From: Trichoplax sp. H2
Taxonomy: Eukaryota
Assembly: GCA_003344405.1 (NCBI GenBank)
Contig: NOWV01000021.1
Span: forward strand, 310,001 to 374,000
Direction: 5' to 3'
DNA: 64,000 bases
Part shown: positions 47,484-59,400 of the stretch, piece by piece
Layout: each line of letters begins with the position of its first letter
Numbering within the stretch: the first letter of the stretch is position 1
Notes under the pieces: model-generated
What the model was told of the DNA's origin: nothing
Seen by the model: the letters and a program-made list of their open reading frames with translations, nothing else
Databases searched by the model: none
Translations under genes and position numbers: made by a program

Positions 47484-48238
47484 GTTTATTTTGATGTCGA
47501 TTTGAAATTCACAAGAAACTGCAGTTCTTGTTTTATTTTTTTAGAGAAAACATTTTATCACATACAGTTATGCATGAGCACAACTTTATTGAACTAGTTA
47601 AGCATCAAAGCACTCTCTATCCAACTCGATGCTGTAAAACGAATACACATCTTATATATGCTATCTCTAAATCCATATTAATCTACATAGTACCATGCTA
47701 GGCTGCAGTACTACATCTTAGTATCACGGTAGCACTACATATTAATTATGTATAAATATACGCATCTAGATAGATAGATAGATAGATATCCAATTAGTTA
47801 TACTATGACGATCACAACTACATATTAATAAACTAGATGTAGATTTTAATAGTATTATTGACTACAAGTACTAAGGATTTTACAGTACCAGAATGACTAA
47901 AGTATACAATACTGTATAACAATTGAATATATAGTAAGCTGAACTACAGTATAGCAACTAACTAGAAAGAGTTTAGATATTTTTAGACGACATTAGTTTT
48001 ACACATTTTGAACTAGGACTATAGCTAGAAAGATTTTACATGTCTTGATAGGACGTCTGGTATATATAATTTGGTAGAAATTTATATTGGCCGATTGCAC
48101 CCTGTAGGAGGCATTAGAGTCAATACGAATAGACCACAGTAAAATCCAGTTTTACTTCCAAAATAGCAGGGTGCTAATTCGATCAACCTCTTCAATTATC
48201 TATATATAAGCTGAGCTGTTGATACATTTCCTATCTCG

Positions 48239-51200
48239 ATGGAGAAGAATCAATCTTGTATTATTGGAGTCGATGTCGGTGGAACGAATACCGATGCAGT
48301 TATTATTCGAGAAGGAAATGTTTTTGCATGGGCTAAAAGTCCGACTTCCGATAATGTCACTACTGGTGTCATCAACGCAATTACAACATGCATCAATAAG
48401 GCTCAGGATAAACTAACAGACATCGCCTTGACAAATTCTATCTGCAGGATTAATATTGGCACTACTCATTTTATTAATGCTGTTATACAACGTCGATCGT
48501 TAGCAAAAGTTGCTATTATCAGGCTGTGTCGGCCAGCTTCGACAACTCTACCCCCATTTTCAGGTAAGCTACTCACTTGATTTGTCAGTGTTGTAATGTT
48601 CAAATTTGCCTAGTTAATTCCCCTCCTTGGCTTACAACCATCAAATTTATTCCGTGGAATAGACAGTTATGGAAATACTTTTAGTTCAATTGGTGGAATA
48701 GATGTCGCAACTATTTTTCTTGTTGCTCTTAGTCCTAGTATTAAATTTAAGCAGAAAAGGAAAATCAACTTTTGACGATCATGCAATGCTACATTCATGG
48801 ATCGTTTGAACCATGCACTACTAGAGGCACCGGTTATCTAATAGTCCATGATTTGAACAACCACTATCCGCAGCATAAATGCGACTAATCAATTTGTCCA
48901 GAAATTGAATACTGAGCTCAATCTATTCTAATAGATTGTCCTAATACTCATTTCGCTAATAACTTTACTTAATAATTTACAGAAGTTGCTGTTGACAGAA
49001 AATACTCGCTATTATTTGTTACTATATTGCTACGAAACTTTTTTGTATTACATGTATAACAACTCACTACCTACATGCTCCTACTCCACAATCGTTGCTC
49101 AGTCTAAATTCAAAATATACTATAATGGAAATTTTTTAACCGTATGTCAATCTAAGCTTACGCTACCAAGCCTACCTGATTCCAATGCATGTCTAACGCA
49201 GCTCTTTCTCTGTCAAATATCACCCTGTCTTATAATCAACAGTAATTCGTTGAGCACACTCTCAGAGCTATAGCATAACTTGTTAGATAAATGTACAGTA
49301 TAATTAAGGCAATCTATCATGCTACTCCCTTTAGATACTAATTACAGACTTTAGATCTTGACTACGAAACTCAAATAGTCATTATTGTGTAGTAGAATAT
49401 ACTGTCCAAAATTTCAAAATGTCGTATTACTTGATAACCTAATCCAGTCTGTGATTAAATATCAACAGAATTTCCTCAAGATTTAGAAGCTTGTATCAAT
49501 GGTGGCATTTACATGGTGAAAGGTGGCTATGAATTTGATGGAAGAGCCATCTCAGAAATTGATACTGATGAAATTAAACATTGCATACAAGATATCATGG
49601 ATCACAATATCAGAAATATCGTTGTATCTGGTGTTTTTTCGCCTGTCAATCCACAACAAGAAAAAGATTGTGCATCAATTATTCATCAAATTTTTCCACA
49701 TTGCAGCATTACAATGTCACATGCTATTGGCCATATTAGCATTCTAGAAAGAGAGAATGCTGCTATCTTAAACGAAAGTTTAAAACCTCTATGTTATCAT
49801 ACAATTAATGCATTCCGCCAAGCACTATCCGACCTTAACTTTCAATGTCCATTCTATTTAACACAAAATGATGGCACATTAATTAGGTATTACAAAAAGT
49901 GATTTTATTTCTTCATTCAACACATTAAATGCAATAAATATTCACCTATCGTGTTATTACTTTTTTACCCATAGCTCTAAACAAGCAATTCAATTTCCGG
50001 TTCTTACGTTCGCATCTGGATCTACTAATAGTATGCGAGGAGCTGTTTATCTGTCAGGTGTTAAAGATGCAATTGTTATCGATATTGGAGGTACATCTGC
50101 AGATGTTGGTACCATCGTCAAAGGATTTCCTAGAGAAGCTTCTACACGTATCCAGGTACCGCATTAGACATCTATATTATCATCATGATTGCAGCTATCA
50201 TAAGGCTTCAATTTAAGTTACAGTATTCTTATTCAATGATATTCAGGTAGGTGGTGTTAAGACTAACTTTCGCTTACCTGATGTGCTAAGTATTGCACTC
50301 GGCGGTGGCTCCATCGTGAAACAAGAGAATCAGAACATTACCATTGGACCCGTTAGTGTTGGTTTTCAGTTATTACAGAAAGCGCTAGTCTTCGGTGGTG
50401 ATACTTTAACTACATCTGATATTGCTGTAGCTGCTGGCTTAGTCGATATGGGCGAGAAATCACGAGTTTCTCACTTGCAGCCAGAACTGATACAAAAAGC
50501 AATGAATCAAATGAAAATGATGCTAGAGAATGCTATTGATCAAGTCAAGGTAATAACGATCTATCCTGAAAAATGCAAAATTATTGAATTCGATAAACGT
50601 TATTGACACAGTTTGCAAATTTTTAATCTGTTGTAGATCAGTGTGAGCGATGTTCCCTTGATACTGGTTGGTGGTGGTAGTGTCCTAGTTAATAGTAAAG
50701 ATACGATTCAAGGAGCATCAACGGTTAAACTACCACCATATTACTATGTAAGATGATATTTTATATACAGTACGTGTATACTTCATGAAGAGCTAATGTC
50801 CTAAGCCTATTTTAAAAGAACCTATACTAAAATAGAGAGCTAGATTACATATATATCTTCATAGAAAATGATTTAATTGATCATTATCCATATAAAAATT
50901 AGGTAGCAAATGCTGTTGGTGCAGCTCTTAGTCAAATCAGTGGTTCTATCGATCAAGTCGTTGACTTAGAATCTGTAGAAAGAGACGAAGCCATAGAGCA
51001 ATGTAAATCTCAAGCGATTTCATTTGCTGTCAATAATGGAGCTGATCCTAGCGCTGTCGAAGTGGTTGAAGTTACCGAGCTACCGGTAACTTATGTAGCC
51101 GGTAAAGCTTTAAGAATAAAAATTAAAGCTGTGGGTGACTTATTATTAACCGATACAGATAAATTATCAAACGCACAACCAACCTCAGAAGGTATGCAAG

Positions 51201-53406
51201 TCTTCAAATTTCTTCAGACTTGAATTCTAGTTTATGCTTATTCTTTAACACGTCCACCAACTGTATCTATTTACATCGTTTGCACTATTCGTATGATTGA
51301 AGTATAGCATTCTTGCTATCCATTGCTGACTGATAAATAACGTATTTTCCATAGATGAAGTTGCTACACAGATACCTTATGAAATATATGATGAAATTTA
51401 CAAGAATCTTTCTACCGAAAAGAGCGCAAGTATGAAAGATAGCGAAATGGAATCCGAGCTAACCATGAAGCCACCGACAATTGATCCTAGCACCGGAGAA
51501 TGGCTATTAAATGAATGGGATATTGAGTGTATTTCTATCGGCGCTGGAATACTTGGTTGCGGTGGCGGTGGTAGCCCTTACATCGGTCGGTTGCGAGCTA
51601 AAAGGGCATTAAAAGAAGGGAAAAAAATTCGGGTTATTAACGCTCATAGGTAAAATGATTGTAATCTGGTCACTTTCTTAATTTATCTTATACATTATTA
51701 CAACAAATACATTAACTTATCTAGGTAAGTTATTGTAAATAAGCTGGAATGGGAACTACATGAACATGATTGACTATACACCGCTAAAGAAAATGCCAAA
51801 ATATTGTTAGTAGCAACATTTTTGATGCCTCTATCATTACTGTATTTTGTAGACTAGGTTCAATAACTAATCAATCAGGATATGCAGTCACAGTTGCATT
51901 TATGGGTGCTCCACTAATTGAGTTAGAGAAATTATCATCTGGAGATGAAACGAAGAATGCATTATTAGGTGTTGAAACTTTGTTAAAAGCAAACCTAATA
52001 CCTGATAGAAATTGTAAGTCGCTTGATACTTGCTACACTATAGAAAATAATTAACAAAAAAATTGTAAGTTATAGAGATAATAAGTGTATTATTAAAATA
52101 GTTAATCTAGAAGAAGTGGAAGAGTTTGCAATTAAAGATGAAGATAATATCCAATCGCTAAATAACTTAGCTGCTGTCAAAGCAGCACAGAAGAACGTAA
52201 AGAGTAAAGTGGAAATTGCAGCTCTATTATGCGCGGAAATTGGTGGATGCAATGCTATCGAGCCCCTTATTTTAGGTATTTTGGAAGCTGCCTATAATAA
52301 TAACTAGAATAGCTCTAGATTATGAGTGCACTGCATCAAGCTGATAAAGGTAATATATTTATCACAGGAGCTGATCTCGATAAGCCAATTGTTGATGCCG
52401 ATGGCATGGGAAGAGCATTTCCCGAATTGCAAATGTTCACACCAACAATTTATGGAGAAAATTCTTGTCCATGCTGCTTGGCAGATTGCAAAGGTAACAA
52501 CGCGATATCACTATCGTGTAGATCAGCAAAAGACTTGGAAAATTTTATGAGGAAGCATGTAATTCAAATGGGGTGAGTCTATTTGAAATTCGATGACAAG
52601 GCGTATAGCTATTGCTATAAATTCTTATCTTGATAACTAATAAACGAGACCGTTAACCAAGAATTATTATATAACAAGATGTTATTCAGGTTTAGCATTT
52701 TGCCCTATGAAGCCTTCAGAAGTCCTAAGTAGATGTATACTAGGTTCCATTAGTAGAAGCCACAGGTTAGGAGAAGCTGTACTGACAGCGAGGAAAAATG
52801 CTTCATCTCCAGTCGATGCCATTCTAGAAAAAGAAGCCGGCAGATTACTCATTACCGGAAAGGTATATTGTTTAGATTAGTAAAATGGATTGGCTAATTT
52901 ATTCTTGGCCAAAGTATTACATAGTATGATTACTAGATTTACCCTATTCAACTTTTTTTTCATCTCTTGTTCTATATTTCCATTTCTGGCATGGATCGAA
53001 TAACTGTTAGGTCTGCGATGTTAATCGGATGATTAGTGGTGGGTTTATTACAGGACTAATTAAAATTCAAGGTTTTACGCAATGCGAGAAATTGGATGTC
53101 GAAATTGAGTTTCAAAATGAGAATTTATTAGCAAGATCGATCTCGGCAGGAAATAAAGCTCAAATTCTTGCTTGTGTACCAGATTTAATCTCTATTGTCG
53201 ATTCCGATACTGGTGAACCTATCACAACCGATAATATTAAATATGGTCTTCGAGTTTCCGTTATGGCGATACCATGTGCATCATTACTAAGGAAGCCCGA
53301 AGCACTAAAAGTTGTTGGGCCGCAAGCATTTGGATATGACCAATCTGTTCAATATCAACCTATGCCTGAAATGATAGAAACACCTCGTATTCTACCTCTT
53401 CCTTAA
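48239..53406 (+). CDS. Hydantoinase/oxoprolinase (HyuA-like) N-terminal half fused to DUF917, about 1013 aa; exons 48239-48563, 49469-49886, 49975-50155, 50247-50549, 50637-50747, 50903-51191, 51355-51649, 51853-52013, 52102-52275, 52368-52572, 52679-52862, 53011-53406
   Basis: Hydantoinase_A motifs: IGVDVGGTNTDAV, GTTHFINAV, LERENAAILN, SGSTNSMRGA, DIGGTSADVG, ALGGGS, VANAVGAA. DUF917 motifs: GAGILGCGGGGSPY, FMGAP, EIGGCN, DADGMGRAFPELQM, FQNENL, VPDLI, YGLRV. All 11 introns are GT-AG with compatible phases (total 3042 nt). A TATA box lies at 48201. Confidence 0.92.
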
Positions 53407-53414
53407 AAAATCAA

Positions 53415-53643
53415 ATTGAAGGATATTTTCCGATGTGTCGAGTTGATAGTCTTAAAGTAAAGCAAAGAATGACTACTTTGATAAAGGATGTTTTAGAATT
53501 TCAATCTTTTGAGAGTAAAACTGAAACGATATTTTCCGATGAGTTTCATAACTACTCTACCGTAGAGTTGATAGTCTTGATTCATTAGTGAAGTAAAGAA
53601 GGACCGTTCTTATAAAGGATATTGAAGAATTTCAATTTTTTGA
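53415..53643. repeat. Two-copy degenerate duplication in the 3' flank of the hydantoinase gene
   Basis: GATATTT.CCGATG.GT...GAGTTGATAGTCTT...AAAGAA.GAC...TAAAGGAT.TT..AGAATTTCAAT.TTTTGA occurs twice. Confidence 0.8.
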
Positions 53644-54610
53644 AGATGACTCGCTTTTTTATCATAAATCTCGAGTTTTGATTTAATACTAAATAGTTCC
53701 AATATATTTCATGTACTTATTTGTATCAAAATGAACTTAGGAAAAATTTTGCCCGGATTATTTTGTATTTAAATTACGCTGTAATCGGGTCTCCCCTAGC
53801 AACCTATTTCACTTGCTTGAGGCTGTCAGTAATTGTAATTTCTCGTCTATATTTAAAATGAATACTTCTTAATTTAGAGTTCTACGCTAAAGGATAAGGG
53901 ATTGATTTAATACCAATCAGTGCGTATTAGTCATCCATGAGAGTTTTCATTACGATTGATAGAGCAAACTATTGGTCTAATCGCGCTGTATATCGCATTA
54001 CAGAAGGAAATAGAATAACATGTTAAACACTATTATAGCCTAGCCAATTGCACTGTATTTCTTTTATCCCAGAAACCATATTGAAATTTTTGACAATTTT
54101 GAAGATATAGATAATAATTGAATAATATGATACAAATTGTGTCCGTCTATATAGAAATATTTTTACTAGCAATGCAATATAGAATTTTATGATTCTTATG
54201 CCTTGATACCTTGATGAAATAAAATAAAAGGTTAGCACCAATCACTGAGAATGAAATCAACACTTCGTAACCTGATTACTAAGTTGGTATTATGGACCTG
54301 TTTTACAGTTAAGAAGAAAAAACGAATTTCTCAATCATTCTATGACAAGTAAATCTGCGTTAATTTTCCATTGGTTACGTTTTAAAATTTGTAGAGATTG
54401 CCAATTTCTCTACTAACAATAAATCGACAACTTTAATATTAAAGGACATGCTACTGTTGTGATGTTTCACTAAAATTGGAACAATCTCTACACACCTGGA
54501 GAGCGATATATGCGCCAGCATATTGCTGCATGTAGCACTAAATGCAAACTATAAATAATGTATTATCCGATTATTTTTAGCCGTTCATCAATATTAGGAG
54601 CTATGCTATA

Positions 54611-54652
54611 TATATGAACGTGACCGAATGCGAAATCGGTCACGTTCATATA
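54611..54652. repeat. Perfect 17-bp inverted repeat with 8-nt spacer
   Basis: TATATGAACGTGACCGA-atgcgaaa-TCGGTCACGTTCATATA; a partial inverted copy lies at 35168-35199. Confidence 0.9.
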
Positions 54653-56487
54653 AATTGCGTAAAGGTATTGCTGCATTTTTTTGCATTATTTAGCTGTCTA
54701 TAAAATGTAATATCTCTGTCAGCGAAGCGATAGGATGCTAAGTTGGTTCTTAACTATTTCTCTTAGTTCTACTGGAGTAGTACCGTAATTGATAATTATT
54801 TTGAATAAAGCCAAAGTAGCTTAAATTGCGAAATTTACTTCTACGAACTTATACTCGTACGATAGTGTCATAGTGCTAGAGTAACGTCAAAGTTAAAGTA
54901 TGTATTAATTATGTGTACAGACTTCATTTAATTTATGAACGTGAATCCGTAGTTCTATTTTAGGTAAAAGATTGTAGAAAGGCCAATAATATAATTGGTC
55001 ATAGTGAACTATTTGCATTAGAATCTACTGTAACCGTAGAAGTTAATTATTGTTCTAATATTGGCAATCATGAATTTAAACTTATTAGACTTACTCGTAT
55101 AAAAAGTAAATACTACAGTAAGTTCTACAGTATTTTGCGAAGAGCCTGATGCTCCTCGAGTTATTCATAGGCGATTATCGTAGGATATGCGTAAATCAAC
55201 TATTTTCAGATTCAATTTCCTATGCTGAAATCTAATAGAAATTTTGTTAATATTTTCGTAGACGTAATCTAAACTTAATTTACAAGACTAGACTATTAAA
55301 TACGTCATTTTATATTACAAGATAGAAATATTGGCATAGAAGTAATATTAAATGGTATCATTTTATATTAATTAAAGATGAAAATCTTGCTATAGAAGTA
55401 ACATCCAATGGCATTGTTTTCCACTGCAAATATAAACTCTCTACAGGAATTACAGCCAATGATAGCAACTCAATTATAACCAGCTTGATATTAAGAGTAT
55501 CACTGTAATCTATTTCTTATCATGAATAGGGTAATTGTAAGTACTTTTCGTGCATCTAATATATCTTTATCATTGCCAAGAGCTATTTTACTAGGCCCAA
55601 TTATAATATTGCATCGCGTTTGGGGCGCGTGCTTGCATTAAATTGCTTCTTTGTAATGTGAATTAAGTCAATAATCTATTTATCAAGTATATTGACAAGA
55701 AAGAATCACTTTAACACCGCTATTATCCAGCAAAGCAAGCAAATCTATGTCAATATTGAAATCGCCGATCAATCTTCTTTTATCGGTATAAAAATAATGG
55801 ACAATCCAATCTTCTTCATTCAGCCATGACGAAAGACTTCAAGAAAACGTGTATTCCTTGCTTACTTTACACCGCGATATACTTCAATTTTAATCAATTC
55901 ACGAAATCTGTACCGAGATTTTTACAGTATTTCAATAATTCAATAAGTAACATCTATTACCAGCCGATAAAATCATCAAGAGAACTGCTGATTTTTATCC
56001 GATAGATTACTGATACAGGTAAATTATAGGAATAGGATAAGGTGCTCCGAATAAAATAAATATCCTATAAGCAGTTAATTATTACGTAATGAATTGATGT
56101 CCATATTAACAAATTTGCTTGCTTGCTATTGATGCATTTTTAATATTATTCCATTAATATTATTTACTTAATGAATTCAATCATCGTTTCTTGCGATTAT
56201 TTTCCGCGTCATGGCCTTGAACTATGACTCGCTATGTAAAAAATACAAATTATATCAATATTGAAGACAGTTCTAATCCAAGACTAGATCCATTATGCCA
56301 ATCTCGTCAGTAACAAGATCATAAAGATGCCAATGCCAATTAAGCTCAAGAAGCCTAAAGCTTCCACTGACTTAGAAGAGGTCAATTAGAATCAGTGATG
56401 TTCAATTATAGATTAGCCTTCAATTGTAGAATAATATAAAAATAAAAATAAATGCTAATCTCTCTAGTCAGAAGAGTTCATCTAGTG

Positions 56488-59400
56488 ATGGTAATTTTAA
56501 CTTAAAATTGGATGGATCCAACTGCATATCATACGATGTTGCTCTATTCCTAACAGAAAATCAATAACAAAGTCGAATCGATCTACCAAGCGGCTAAAAG
56601 TCATAATTTACCTCGATTGAAAAAATATGAAAACGATGTTAACATCAAAAGCTACAACTATAAAGAAATCAATGGCCATGAAGTGAGTACTACAGTAATT
56701 TCTTCCTTAGTAAAATCCTACTCTTGTTTTTATTTTGATTATAATCAACGGATTGAATCGAAATATAGTCTGATGTAAATTGTCATATCTAAACAAGCCT
56801 ATCAACGATGATCTAAATCGATTACATTGCTTATAAGTTCAGTCATTAAATTCGATCATGAAAAATGATCAATTTATTATCTCAGTTCTATCGTAAATCT
56901 ACTACTGCATCACCAAACTAAATTATAACCTAAATCGGACAAGTTGTTGACATTTCATCTATAGTCTGTTTCCATCGAAAATATTTACATCGGCGACACT
57001 ACCTTCAGAATTAATAATAGAAACTGTCGAAAGTTTTATAACCTTACTAATCAGATTATTTCCATATAATATTTTTACGTCAATTAGAATTTATTTCTTT
57101 CATTAATAACTTAGTTTAAAGCTTATTTCTTTCCAGTTATGAAATAATGTCGTTTAAGCCAAATAAATTTCTACTATCAGTAAATAACATTACTCTATAA
57201 TTTATACCCTTTTATTATCCCTCAGTTAGTAAGGAAAGTTCTGTTTCTTTCAATGAGATTAAAAATCTTTCATTAGCTAGACTAGATCTTTTCTACCGAT
57301 AAATGTAGATTATTGACTGTTTCTTTTTCTCATAAAAGTTATAAAATAATACTGTTGAGTCAACTTAAGTTGATTTAACTAGATCTCTTTAACTGGTAAA
57401 TAAAGTTTGTTTGATAATTCATCTCCTTTTAAAATGTTTGCAAGTAACCTCATTGAGCTAGTTTAAATTGACTTCTTTTATATGAATCAACATTCGCCTT
57501 AATTATGAAATTATATTCTTTATATCGATTGAAATCGATCACTTTCATCCGTAACTAAAAATTTATAGGTATCTTATTTCCTTTTAATAATTATAAAGTA
57601 ATACTTTCTCAAATGGTACTTGATGTACTTCGATTCTATGCTTTCATACACTCCATAAAATCTCTATATGTCAGACATAAGTGCTATTAACAGTATTTCC
57701 TCTAGTAGCGAATACCTTCTTGTCAATTATTCATTTAATTATGATCATTAGAAGCAGTGAATAGGCTAATTTTCATTTAATAAATATTTAATAGCAAGCT
57801 CGCTTAAGGAAATATTACGGAAATAGCAACAGCTGACTTATCCATGCAAATAAATCCCGTTTTGATGCGAAATACATATTACATGCACTACCGTACTAAT
57901 TTATTCGAAACATAGGCTATCATCAGAGTATTGGTTCTGTCCATCTATAATTTAATCATAGAAACGAAAACATTAAATGGTAGACTAATCCACCCTTTAA
58001 CTTAAATAACATAACTTTCATCAACTAGTTCGCTTTTATTTGATCAATTAGATTGACGGTGGAACTCCATTACATTTTGCTTGTGCTGATGGAGACGTCG
58101 ATGCAATTCAGTTACTACTTTGCCACGGAGCTAATCCTTACTTGTTACAATATGAGGTAAGCTGATTTTACTGCTTAGAAATAAAATTAAATTAATATTT
58201 CCTATGGAATAAGAGGATTGCATGATCTATCAGAATTGTTTTCATGCGCATTTCTATAAACTGAAATTAATAGTGTATAATTTACTAATATCTGATAGCT
58301 GTAATTATCTTGACCTGATTTCTAATATATGTATATACATAAGACTAACAACAAGCTTTGAATCCATAAAGGAAAGTAGTATAGTTATATCTTATTGTAG
58401 AGGATAAAACAATTATATCATGCATGTTATACACAAATACTCATCAAGATAGATATATCAGTTATTGGATTGCTTAGTTGCTACTCTATAAACTGAGACC
58501 TATAGTACATCAATCCATCGCCATTTAATGATATAAAATTAAGAAATTAATAACTTTGATATTATTTCCAATATGAATAAGATTATCTGATATAGAGTTA
58601 CGTATCAATAATGAAAGTTATTATACCTATTTATACCTTATTGCGGATAAAACAATGTCCTCATATAGGTAGTATATATTATCAAGATGGACAAATGAAT
58701 AACAAACTCCATCCTTAGCCTGTAAGAAAATGAAATACATCTATTATATATCTTCAATGTCTTTCTAAATCTTTCAGAACGGTGGACTTGCACCTATCCA
58801 TTTCGCAGCTCAAGATAACCACTTAGAATGCATTAAAACATTATACCGACACCATCCGAATACCATTAATATTTCATCCTATGTAAGTTGCTATCCGTGT
58901 ATATCATAAAAGTTCTTTTTATTTATTAATCTATCATTCAAATTTGAAACAGAGCCAAACTAACGCTGGTAAAATTTTAAATTACAGCAGTTATACTTAT
59001 CTTTATTGCACAACATTTGCAGATTTCACCTGCTAATTTGCTTCTTTATATCTCCAAACTACTATTACTTCGCTTAAAAACCACCGTTGAATAATTTATT
59101 GCTATCTAAACCGATTTAATGTGGTAATAAATAAGATATTATTAATTAATGAGTGAAAATAAATCATTAATTTCTCTTAGTTGAAGGAGCAAGTGCTGCA
59201 TATTGCAACAAAGAATGGATACTCTGATATGACAAAATGGTTGATCGATCACGGTGCTGATATCAATCATCAAGATCATGTAAGTTATCATTAGCTACCG
59301 ATCGAAAAAATAGTTATGAGATACATTTACTACTTCAATAAGTGATGTCTAAGTACAATATAAACTTCTACTTTTTCAATTAATTTACCCTCTCTTAATT

